DNA of 64,000 bases. Source: Candidatus Dormiibacterota bacterium. Lineage in GTDB: Bacteria; Chloroflexota; Dormibacteria; Aeolococcales; Bog-877. The stretch is taken from NCBI GenBank assembly GCA_027306595.1, contig DAHUZI010000073.1, positions 88 to 64,087 of the forward strand. Reading direction: 5' to 3'. The position numbers and the translations under genes were made by a program. Below the pieces are notes generated by a model. The model was given only the letters and a program-made list of their open reading frames with translations. It was not told where the DNA came from and searched no databases. Positions 52,006 to 59,877 of the stretch are shown piece by piece; position 1 is the stretch's first letter; each line of letters opens with the position of its first letter.

Positions 52006-53210
52006 GGCCCCGAGCCAGCGGCGCGGACCGCGTCGACCACCCGGCACACGTCGCGCATCGCGGCCACGTCGTGGACCCGGACGATGTCGGCCCCGTGGGC
52101 GGCCGCCCACGCCACCGTGGCGGCGGTGCCGAAGAGGCGCTCGGCAACAGGGCGGCCGTCCAGCACCGAGCCGATGTGCGACTTGCGGGACGGGCCCACA
52201 AGCAGCGGCCGCCCCAGGGCGCGCAGCTCGTCCAGCCGCCGGAGGAGCTCCAGGCTCTCGGCGGGGCCGGGCCCGAAGCCGATCCCGGGATCAACCACCA
52301 CCCGCTCCGGCGGGATCCCGGCCGCCCGCGCCGCCGCGAGGGACCGGCGCAGGCCTCGAAGGACGGTGGCGATCGGGTCGTAGGCGGGGGGGCTCCCAGC
52401 CGCCTCCGCCCCGGTGCGGTTGTCCATGCAGAACACCGCCGCCCCGGCCTGGGCGGCGACCGCCGCCAGCTCGTGATCGCCGAGCAGGCCGCGCACGTCG
52501 TTGACGGCGGTGGCGCCGGCCGCCAGCGCGGCCGCCGCGACCTGGGCCTTGCTGGTGTCGACGCTGATCGGGACCTCGAGCTCGTGCGCGAGCCGCTCCA
52601 CCACCGGGACCACCCGCGCGAGCTCCTCCGCCGTGCCCACCACTCGGTGGCCGGGGCGGGTGCTCTCGCCACCGACGTCGATGGCGTCCGCCCCGGCCGC
52701 GACCAGCTCACGGGCGTGCGCGAGGGCGGCCGCGACGTCGCCGGCGAGCCCATCCCCGCTGAACGAGTCGGGGGTGACGTTGAGGATCCCGAGGAGGTAG
52801 GTTCGGTGGCCGAAGCTCCAGCTCCGCCCGCCGATCGGCAGCGGGGGCGGCGGGGCCCCAAGGGGGCGCAGGGCCCCGTCGAGGGCGTCGGCGAGGGCGG
52901 TGAACCGCTCGCGGTCGGAGAAGGCGCGCAGGGCGGGCGCCACCTGGCCGAGCGCGTTGCGCGGGCCCACAAGCAGCGTTCGCCGGCCGTCGGCCGAGCG
53001 GACCACCGTGCCCCCCGCGCCCGCGAGGACGCGCTCCATCACCCGCACCTGGTCGAGGGCGCAGGCCTCGACCAGGAGCGCCGCGGTCACCGCCACGCGC
53101 ATCGCCAGCCCCGCCGCGTCGGGGTCGAGCTCGACGAGCGTTTGGTGGAAACGGGACTCCGACCCGGGCAGGAGCCAGCGGACGTTGTGCCGGAGGTCGG
53201 CGTCGGTCAC
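52002..53210 (-). CDS. folP: Dihydropteroate synthase with an N-terminal extension of about 130 aa
   Basis: 402 aa from GTG 53210. The DHPS core starts at YLLGILNVTPDSFSGDG, followed by IDVGGESTRPG, DTSKAQV, NDV, VDPGIGFG, GPSRKS. The extension has third codon positions almost all G/C, so it is translated. Confidence 0.87.
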   Translation of the reverse strand: MTDADLRHNVRWLLPGSESRFHQTLVELDPDAAGLAMRVAVTAALLVEACALDQVRVMERVLAGAGGTVVRSADGRRTLLVGPRNALGQVAPALRAFSDRERFTALADALDGALRPLGAPPPPLPIGGRSWSFGHRTYLLGILNVTPDSFSGDGLAGDVAAALAHARELVAAGADAIDVGGESTRPGHRVVGTAEELARVVPVVERLAHELEVPISVDTSKAQVAAAALAAGATAVNDVRGLLGDHELAAVAAQAGAAVFCMDNRTGAEAAGSPPAYDPIATVLRGLRRSLAAARAAGIPPERVVVDPGIGFGPGPAESLELLRRLDELRALGRPLLVGPSRKSHIGSVLDGRPVAERLFGTAATVAWAAAHGADIVRVHDVAAMRDVCRVVDAVRAAGSGP

Positions 53211-53327
53211 GGCCGCCGCCGGCGATCGCCCGGCCCCAGGCCGTCCGCCCGCCGCCCAGCTTCGATCACGAGAGGTGAGCGTACCCGAGGGCGGCGCCGG
53301 GGCCGCCCGCCCCGCGCCGCTCGGGCG

Positions 53328-53356
53328 TTGACAACCGTCCGAAGACCGGCGACACT
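53328..53356 (+). promoter_or_regulatory. Sigma-70-type promoter of the family-5 SBP gene
   Basis: TTGACA (53328..53333), a 17-nt spacer, then GACACT (53351..53356). GGGAGGGAGGGAGG lies before ATG 53405. Confidence 0.55.
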
Positions 53357-53369
53357 CCGGCCCGGAGTG
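53353..53369. promoter_or_regulatory. Perfect 8-1-8 palindrome overlapping the -10 and start site (operator candidate)
   Basis: CACTCCGG-c-CCGGAGTG. Confidence 0.4.
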
Positions 53370-53404
53370 GCCGCGGGGCCGCGCGCGGGAGGGAGGGAGG
53401 GGCG

Positions 53405-55279
53405 ATGGGGGACGGATCGCGCGCGGGCGTGACCGCTGGGCGGTTCACGCTCCGACGGCTCTGGCAGCGGGGCATCCTCGCCGGCGGGGCGGGGCTGCTG
53501 GTCCTGGTCGCGGGCGGGGGCGGGCTGGTCGCCCGGGCCGTGGCCGCCGCACCCGCCACGGGGGCGACGGTGACGTTCGCCCAGCAGACCGGAGCTCAGC
53601 CCGACTACATCCTCCCGCTCCAGTCCGGCGAGTGGTTCACCTACGCCAACGACCAGGAGTTCGGCTGGCTGATGTATCGGCCGCTCTTCTGGTTCGATCG
53701 GTCCGGCCGACCCACCGTGAACTACCAGCTGAGCCTGGCCGACCCGCCCCAATTCTCCGCGGGCGGGCGCACGGTGACCGTGACGCTCAAGCGCTACCTG
53801 TGGTCGGACGGGGTGCCGGTCACGACCCGGGACATCGAGTTCTGGATGAATTTGCTCAAGGCCAACAAGGCGAACTGGGGCGACTACGTCCCAGGCCAGT
53901 TCCCCGACAACGTGAGCGGGATGCGCTGGCTTTCGGCCCGCCAGTTCCAGATCACCTTCAACCGCGCCTACAACCGGACCTGGATCCTCTACAACGAGCT
54001 GTCCCAGATCTGGCCGATGCCGCAGCACGCCTGGGACAAGACGTCGACCAGCGGCGCGGTGGGCAACTGGGACCGCACCCCGAAGGGGGCGGTCGCGGTC
54101 TGGCGGTACCTCGACGCGCAGTCCCGCAACGACGGGACCTACGCCACCAATCCGCTCTGGCAGGTGGTCGACGGGCCCTGGCGCCTGGAGCCGAACTCGG
54201 GGTTCAGCCCGGTGACCCACTTCGTGGCCATGGTGCCCAACCGGCGCTACTCCGGGCCCGACCGCCCGACCATCGCCAAGTTCGAGGAGATCCCCTTCAC
54301 CAACGACACCGCCGAGTTCGACGCCCTGCGCGCGGGCACCCTGGACTATGGATTCCTCCCCCTGCCGGACCTCAGCCAGCGCCAGTACTTCCAGAGCCGG
54401 GGCTACCGCCTCGCGCCCTGGTACCTGTTCGGCTGGGACTTCATCCCCCTCAACTACCGCAACGCGACGGCCGGGCCGATCTTCGACCAGCTCTACGTGC
54501 GCCAGGCGCTCGAGCACCTCATGGACCAGCCGACCTGGGTCCGCGACATCCTGAAGGGGTACGGCTATCCCCAGTACAGCGCCATCCCCACCAAGATCCC
54601 CAACCGCTTCGAGGACGCCTACGTCCAACACGACCACTACCCCTTCAGCGTTGGCGCCGCCAGCCGCCTGCTGCGCGCCCATGGGTGGAAGGTGGTCCCG
54701 AACGGGACCGACAGCTGTGTCGCCCCCGGGACCGGGGCCGGCCGCTGCGGGGCCGGCGTCCGCCGCGGCGCCCAACTCGCCTTCACCGTCCAGTACGCGG
54801 CCGGGGTGATCCCGCTCGCCCAGGAGGTCGAGAGCTTCAAGTCGGAGGCCTCGCGGGCCGGGATCCAGCTCACCCTCATCACCCAGCCGCTGGACACGGT
54901 CTTCGCCGAGTTCTTCGGCTGCACCAAGGTCGGAGGTGCAGGCTGCGGCTGGCAGATCCAGTTCCAACGGCTCGCCGACGACTACTCCTACTACCCTGAC
55001 TACTACCCGACCGGTGGCGCCAACTACGGGACCGATGCCGTGTTCAACGGCGAGGGGTACAGCGACCCGGCCATGAACCGGCTCATCCAGGCGACCCACC
55101 TCGAGCAGAGCCCGGCGGCGTTTACGACCTACGAGAACTTCGTCGCCACCCAGCTGCCCACCCTCTGGCCCGCCAACGGCGCCTACCAGATCTCGGTGAT
55201 CAGCCCACACCTGCATGTGCCCCTGCCGCAGGGGTCGCACACCGAGATCTACCCCGAGCAGTGGACGTACCGGTCCTGA
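53405..55279 (+). CDS. ABC transporter substrate-binding protein, family 5 (peptide/nickel/opine type), no cognate permease nearby
   Basis: 624 aa. N-terminal RFTLRRLWQRGILAGGAGLLVLVAGG is a possible Tat-type signal. Mature part: YRPLFWFD, WSDGVPVTTRDIEFW. Confidence 0.83.
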   Translation: MGDGSRAGVTAGRFTLRRLWQRGILAGGAGLLVLVAGGGGLVARAVAAAPATGATVTFAQQTGAQPDYILPLQSGEWFTYANDQEFGWLMYRPLFWFDRSGRPTVNYQLSLADPPQFSAGGRTVTVTLKRYLWSDGVPVTTRDIEFWMNLLKANKANWGDYVPGQFPDNVSGMRWLSARQFQITFNRAYNRTWILYNELSQIWPMPQHAWDKTSTSGAVGNWDRTPKGAVAVWRYLDAQSRNDGTYATNPLWQVVDGPWRLEPNSGFSPVTHFVAMVPNRRYSGPDRPTIAKFEEIPFTNDTAEFDALRAGTLDYGFLPLPDLSQRQYFQSRGYRLAPWYLFGWDFIPLNYRNATAGPIFDQLYVRQALEHLMDQPTWVRDILKGYGYPQYSAIPTKIPNRFEDAYVQHDHYPFSVGAASRLLRAHGWKVVPNGTDSCVAPGTGAGRCGAGVRRGAQLAFTVQYAAGVIPLAQEVESFKSEASRAGIQLTLITQPLDTVFAEFFGCTKVGGAGCGWQIQFQRLADDYSYYPDYYPTGGANYGTDAVFNGEGYSDPAMNRLIQATHLEQSPAAFTTYENFVATQLPTLWPANGAYQISVISPHLHVPLPQGSHTEIYPEQWTYRS

Positions 55280-55307
55280 ACCCGCCCCTGGCGTCCCGCT
55301 GAGCGCA

Positions 55308-56771
55308 GTGCGGCTCGACGAGTACGCCGCGCACGACGGGCTGGGCCTGGCCGAGCTGGTCCGGCGCGGCGAGGTCGAGGCCGCCCAGCTGGCCACGCTC
55401 GCCCTCGACGGGGTTCGGCGGCTGAACCCGGTGCTCGGTGCGGTGATCGAGACGTACCCTGAGCGCGCCCAGACGGGCCGGCCGGCGGCCGACGCCCCCT
55501 TCGCCGGCGTGCCCTTCCTGCTCAAGGACCTCGGCTGCACCGAGGCCGGGCGCCGCTGCGAGGCCGGGAGCCGGCTGCTGGCGGGGTGGGTCGCGCCGCA
55601 CGACTCGGAGCTCATGCGCCGGTTCCGTCGAGCCGGGCTGGTGAACCTCGGGCGAACCGTGAGTGCGGAGTTCGGCGAGACCGCGACCGCGGAGACCTGC
55701 CTGCACGGGTCGGTGCACAACCCCTGGGACCTTGGCCGGAGCACGGCGGGGTCGAGCGGCGGCTCGGCGGCGGCGGTGGCGGCCGGGATCGTGCCGCTCG
55801 CCCACGGCAACGACGGCGGCGGGTCGATCCGGATGCCCGCCGCCTGCTGCGGCCTGGTCGGGCTGAAGCCGAGCCGCGGGCGCACCTCCCGAGCGCCGCA
55901 GGGGGTGTTCCTCGGGGACCTCGCGGTCGACTTCGCCCTCACCCGCTCGGTTCGGGATGCCGCCTGGCTCCTCGACGCGGTTGAGGGGCCGGCGCCCGGT
56001 GACCCCTACCGGATCCCCGGACCCCTGGCCCCGTACCGCACGGCGTGCCGGCCCCCGGGCCGGCTGCGGATCGCCGTCACCACCCGGCACTTCTGGGGCC
56101 GGCGCATGGACCCCGAGGTGGTGGCGGCGGTCGGGCGCACGGCCGAGCTCCTCGCCGGGCTCGGCCACACGGTCGTCGAGGCCCACCCCGCGTTCGACGC
56201 CGAGCCCTACCTGGCCGCGACCCTGGACATCTGGGCGGCCCAGACCGTGGCCGAGGTCGATGCCGCGGCCGCCGCAACCGGGCGGGCGCCCGGGCCGGAC
56301 ACCCTGGAGGGCTATACCCTCGCCCTGGTCGAGCACGGGCGGCGGCTCAGCCCGACCGCGCTCGTCGGCGCCCTGGCGACCCTGGAGGCGGTCACCCGCC
56401 GGGTCGCGCCGCTGTTCGAGGACCACGACGCCCTGCTCTCCGCGACCCTTCCCAGCCTGCCCCTGCCCCTCGGGATCTACGACCCCACCCGGCCGGTCGA
56501 CCTCCGCTGGTACTTCGACAGCCCACTCGGCGACCTCGAGTCGGTGACCTCCCTGTTCAACTGCACCGGCCAGCCGGCGATCAGCCTGCCCCTCCAGCAG
56601 AGCGCGACCGGGCTGCCGATCGGCATCCACCTCGCCGGCCGCTTCGGCGACGAGGCGACCCTGCTGGCGCTCGCCGGGCAGCTGGAGGCGGCGCTCCCGT
56701 GGGACGGCCGGCGGCCGGCGGTCCACGTGGGCCGCCCGGACCCGCAGCCGGCGGAGCGGGGGCGGCCCTAG
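55308..56771 (+). CDS. Amidase-signature family amidase (second copy)
   Basis: I start at GVG-free GTG 55308, after the SBP stop. Motifs: FAGVPFLLKDL, GSSGGSAAAVAAGIVPLAHGNDGGGSIRMPAACCGLVGLKPS. Confidence 0.85.
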   Translation: MRLDEYAAHDGLGLAELVRRGEVEAAQLATLALDGVRRLNPVLGAVIETYPERAQTGRPAADAPFAGVPFLLKDLGCTEAGRRCEAGSRLLAGWVAPHDSELMRRFRRAGLVNLGRTVSAEFGETATAETCLHGSVHNPWDLGRSTAGSSGGSAAAVAAGIVPLAHGNDGGGSIRMPAACCGLVGLKPSRGRTSRAPQGVFLGDLAVDFALTRSVRDAAWLLDAVEGPAPGDPYRIPGPLAPYRTACRPPGRLRIAVTTRHFWGRRMDPEVVAAVGRTAELLAGLGHTVVEAHPAFDAEPYLAATLDIWAAQTVAEVDAAAAATGRAPGPDTLEGYTLALVEHGRRLSPTALVGALATLEAVTRRVAPLFEDHDALLSATLPSLPLPLGIYDPTRPVDLRWYFDSPLGDLESVTSLFNCTGQPAISLPLQQSATGLPIGIHLAGRFGDEATLLALAGQLEAALPWDGRRPAVHVGRPDPQPAERGRP

Positions 56772-56914
56772 GGCGGCGCTCGCCGGAGACCTCCAGCCCG
56801 ACGGGCGCGCGGAACCCGGCCGCCGGTTGGCGGGGGGGGGAGCGGTCTGGGGGGGCGGGTCGCATGCCCGGCCGGCTGGCGCGCTCGCACCCCCTGCCGG
56901 TCGGCGACCCGGGC

Positions 56915-57544
56915 TCAGGCGCCGCCGTCTCCGCCCGCCCCGCGGCGGGACCCGGCCCCGGCACGCTGGCGGGCCGCCGCCTTCTTGGCCCGGTCCGCGC
57001 AGGGCACGACCGAGCACCAGCGTCGCCGGCCGGGCCGCGACCGGTCGACGAACGGCATCGCGCACCCGGGGGCGGCGCACAGCCGCAGCTGAGCCCGTAG
57101 CGGTCCCCCCAGGAGCTGGATCGCGTCGGCGGCGATGACGGACAGGGCGCCCGGCGTCGCTTGCTTGCCGCGCCAGCCCCAGCCGGACGCCTGGGGATCC
57201 AGCCGGGGATGCAGCGGGCGCCGCCGGGCCGCCCGGTTGAGCTCGGCGATCTCGGCCGCCCCCGGCGCCCGGCCCCGCGCGACCGCGGCCCCGGAGGCCC
57301 CGATCGCCGCCCGCAGCGCGAGCGCTGCCGAGAGGTCGGCCAAGCTGGGACGGATCCGAGCGCCCGCCAACCCGACCGAGGCGAGCCACCGCGCGAGGTC
57401 GTCGGGCGCCCCCAGATGCTCCGTCGTGACCCCGCCGTCGCGACGGGCGGTGCGCAGAAACGCCAGCGCCAGTAAGCCGATCTCACCGGAACCCGGGCCC
57501 TCGACCGGGCTCCGCTGGGCTCCGACCGGCCGTCCTTCGGACAC
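56915..57544 (-). CDS. CGNR zinc-finger protein with ABATE-like N-terminal domain
   Basis: 209 aa from GTG 57544. C-terminal LRLCAAPGCAMPFVDRSRPGRRRWCSVVPCADRAKKAA fits the CGNR zinc-ribbon pattern. Confidence 0.78.
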   Translation of the reverse strand: MSEGRPVGAQRSPVEGPGSGEIGLLALAFLRTARRDGGVTTEHLGAPDDLARWLASVGLAGARIRPSLADLSAALALRAAIGASGAAVARGRAPGAAEIAELNRAARRRPLHPRLDPQASGWGWRGKQATPGALSVIAADAIQLLGGPLRAQLRLCAAPGCAMPFVDRSRPGRRRWCSVVPCADRAKKAAARQRAGAGSRRGAGGDGGA

Positions 57545-57550
57545 GGCGCG

Positions 57551-57556
57551 AGTCTA
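57551..57556 (-). promoter_or_regulatory. -10 hexamer TAGACT, 6 nt before the CGNR gene GTG (leaderless arrangement)
   Basis: Minus strand reads ggtTAGACTcgcgccGTG. The 12-mer TAGACTCGCGCC recurs at 49826..49815. Confidence 0.45.
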
Positions 57557-57638
57557 ACCGGTGCAATGGCGCCAGTCGGAGTCGTGCGACGACCCGGCTC
57601 GAAGCGGTGCCCAGGGAGCGTCCGAGCAGGCCGGGCAT

Positions 57639-57714
57639 GCCGCCCGCGGGGCGGCGGGGCGGCTGCCGCCCCGGCCCCGGGGGGGGTCGGCCACGGTGGG
57701 CCGGCCCCGGGGGG
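57639..57714. repeat. Nested G/C-only palindromes and a 14-bp direct repeat in the CGNR / EF-G-like divergent region
   Basis: gccgccc-gcg-gggcggc (57639..57655); ggggcggc-t-gccgcccc (57656..57672); CCGGCCCCGGGGGG at 57671..57684 and again at 57701..57714. Confidence 0.5.
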
Positions 57715-57720
57715 CGGCCG

Positions 57721-57726
57721 TAGAAT
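57721..57726 (+). promoter_or_regulatory. -10 hexamer TAGAAT upstream of the EF-G-like gene
   Basis: cggccgTAGAATggcgcc. The leader of about 70 nt contains the cggcggg/cccgccg hairpin and GGAGG 9 nt before ATG 57802. Confidence 0.45.
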
Positions 57727-57801
57727 GGCGCCGGGTTCGGCGGGCCGAGACCCGCCGGTCGCAATGGGGCATCGCCCCTGGGTCGTCGGAGGGGTTTGGC
57801 C

Positions 57802-59850
57802 ATGGCTCAAGCCGTGCCGGATCGGCTGCGGACGGTCGCGATCCTCGGACACAGCCACGACGGCAAGACGACCCTGGGGGAGGCCCTCGCCTACTGCGGG
57901 GGCACCATCCCCCGCCTGGGCTCGGCCGACCAGGGCACCACGCTCTTCGACTTCGAGCCGGAGGAGCAGCGGCGCCACATCTCGGTGAGCCTGGCCATCG
58001 CCGGGGTCGCCTGGCGGGATCACCGGATCACGCTCCTCGACACCCCGGGGTTCCAGGACCTCGAGGGCGAGGTGCTGGCGGCCCTGGCCGTCGCCGACGG
58101 CGCCGTGCTCTGCGTGGGGGCCGGAGCCGGCGGGGCGCTTCCGGTCGGCGCCCACACCGCCTGGGCGCTCCTCGCCGAGCGCCGACTCCCCCGGCTGGTC
58201 GTGCTGACGAAGCTGGACAAGGAGCACAGCGACTTCGCGGCCACGCTGGCCGGGCTCCGTCGCGCCTTCAGCCCCCGGCCGGTGGCCGTGCAGCTCCCCA
58301 TCGGCGCCGAGCAGGCGTTCACCGGGGTCGTTGACCTCGTGACCCAGCGCGCGCTCCAGTTCGACGAGCGCGGTGGGGCGAGCGAGGCCGATCCGCCGGC
58401 GGCGCTGGACGCCGAGGTCGCGCGGCTGCGCCAGGAGCTGATCGAGGCGGTCGCCGAGACCGACGACGGGCTGCTCGAGCGCTACCTGGAGGGGGTCGAG
58501 CCGACCCCGGCGGAGCTCGCCCGCGCCCTGCGCACCGCCACCCGCGCGGCGGCCGTCGTGCCCGTCTTCGCGACCGCCCCGGTGCGCGCGCTCGGGGCGG
58601 TCGCGGTCCTCGACGCCATCGTCGAGGACCTGCCCCCGCCGGCGGCCGGCGACCCAGCACGGCCGGCCAGCTGCTTTGTCTTCAAGACCACCGCCGACCC
58701 CTTCGGCAAGATCTCGTACTTCAAGGTGCTCGACGGGACCCTGCGTCCCGAGGTCCACCTCGTCAACAGCCGGACCGGGCAGGACGAGCGGCTGGTCCGT
58801 CCCGGGCGCCCGCGGGGCAAGGGCCTGGATCCCGCCGACGCCCTGGTCGCCGGGGAGATCGGCGCGGCGACCAAGCTGGCCCACACCGCCACCGGCGACG
58901 TCCTCGGGCCCCGCGAGGGGCAGGCGTCCGTGCCCGCCCTCACCTTCCCCGCCACCTCGTTCACGATGGCGATCCGGCCTCGCGCCAAGGGGGACGAGGA
59001 GAAGATCAGCGCCGGGCTGACCCACCTCTGCGAGGAGGATCCGACGCTTCGGGTCGAGCGCCATCCCGTGACCCACGAGACGCTCCTCCACGGCCTGGGG
59101 GACGTCCACCTCGACGTCACCTTGGAGAAGCTCAAGCGCAAGTACCAGGTCGATGCCGTCCTCCAGCTCCCCCAGGTTCCCTACCAGGAGACGATCCGCG
59201 GCCGGGCCCGCCAGCAGCATCGGTACAAGAAGCAGTCGGGCGGGGCCGGCCTCTACGGGGACTGCACGATCGAGATCGAGCCCCTCCCGCGGGGGACGGG
59301 GTTCGAGTGGGAGGACCGGATCTTCGGCGGGTCCATCCCCCAGCAGTTCCGGCCCTCGGTGGAGAAGGGGGTCCGCCAGACCCTCGAGCAGGGGGTCCTG
59401 GCCGGCTATCCCCTCGTCGACGTTCGGGTCCGCCTCGTCGACGGCTCGACCCATCCCGTGGATGGCAAGGACATCGCCTTCCAGCTGGCCGGGGCGATGG
59501 CGATGCGCGAGGCGGTCGACAAGGCGGGCGCGCTCCTCCTCGAGCCGGTCATGGACGTGGAGGTCGTGGTCCCCGAGGCGGTGATGGGCGACGTCATCGG
59601 CCACCTCAACAGCCGGCGGGGGCGGATCGGGGGGATGACCCCGGTCGGCGAGGGGCTCGAGCGGGTGACGGCCCAGGTCCCGCTGGCGGAGATGTACCGC
59701 TTCCCGATCGAGCTGCGCGCGATGACCCAGGGGCGCGGCCGCTACACCATGGCGTTCTCCCACTACGAGGAGGTGCCCGCCCAGGTCGCCCAGCCGATCA
59801 TCGAGCACCGCCGGGAGCTGCTCCACGCGCGGGAGGCCCAGACCGCCTGA
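57802..59850 (+). CDS. Elongation factor G paralog (EF-G-like, atypical GTPase motifs)
   Basis: ATG 57802 preferred over TTG 57796 on SD spacing. G1 is GHSHDGKTT. G3 reads DTPGFQD (His replaced by Phe). G4 reads TKLD. EF-G domains II-V are recognisable (FKVLDGTL..., HLDVTLEKLKRKY, YGDCTIEIEP, LEPVMDVEVVVPE). Confidence 0.87.
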   Translation: MAQAVPDRLRTVAILGHSHDGKTTLGEALAYCGGTIPRLGSADQGTTLFDFEPEEQRRHISVSLAIAGVAWRDHRITLLDTPGFQDLEGEVLAALAVADGAVLCVGAGAGGALPVGAHTAWALLAERRLPRLVVLTKLDKEHSDFAATLAGLRRAFSPRPVAVQLPIGAEQAFTGVVDLVTQRALQFDERGGASEADPPAALDAEVARLRQELIEAVAETDDGLLERYLEGVEPTPAELARALRTATRAAAVVPVFATAPVRALGAVAVLDAIVEDLPPPAAGDPARPASCFVFKTTADPFGKISYFKVLDGTLRPEVHLVNSRTGQDERLVRPGRPRGKGLDPADALVAGEIGAATKLAHTATGDVLGPREGQASVPALTFPATSFTMAIRPRAKGDEEKISAGLTHLCEEDPTLRVERHPVTHETLLHGLGDVHLDVTLEKLKRKYQVDAVLQLPQVPYQETIRGRARQQHRYKKQSGGAGLYGDCTIEIEPLPRGTGFEWEDRIFGGSIPQQFRPSVEKGVRQTLEQGVLAGYPLVDVRVRLVDGSTHPVDGKDIAFQLAGAMAMREAVDKAGALLLEPVMDVEVVVPEAVMGDVIGHLNSRRGRIGGMTPVGEGLERVTAQVPLAEMYRFPIELRAMTQGRGRYTMAFSHYEEVPAQVAQPIIEHRRELLHAREAQTA

Positions 59851-59877
59851 TCCGGGCGTGGCGCGGGCCCGGCTCGG

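Noticed and set aside
52821-53210. The idea that the FolP N-terminal extension is a fused FolB (dihydroneopterin aldolase), explaining the missing folB
   Set aside because: The size is similar, but the sequence shows none of the FolB features I remember (for example the GxxxxE/K-rich beta-alpha pattern, YDHER-type motifs). It is kept only as an unexplained domain.
56826-56858. G-runs (G8 ... G7 ... G3) between the convergent amidase and CGNR genes as a possible G-quadruplex element
   Set aside because: G-tracts are frequent in DNA of this composition. There is no conservation or positional argument, and the site lies in a terminator-like convergent gap. I judged it not distinguishable from background.
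57639-57714. GC-rich repeated 14-mers considered as a miniature CRISPR array or REP-type mobile repeat
   Set aside because: There are only two copies, 30 bp apart, with no repeat-spacer periodicity and no cas genes. I saw no terminal inverted repeats or transposase anywhere in the window. They are treated as promoter-region repeats instead.
56581-59826. A 1081-aa minus-strand ORF. Similar giants occur at 53207..55942 (911 aa), 40636..42618 upstream part, 13782..15800, 34216..36540 and 82..1416.
   Set aside because: Each is the antisense or out-of-frame shadow of a gene with clear family motifs (EF-G-like, SBP/amidase, menD N-terminal over-extension, parB/lepB, merR/menF, ABC ATPase). Their translations are repetitive R/G/P/A strings with no recognisable domains.
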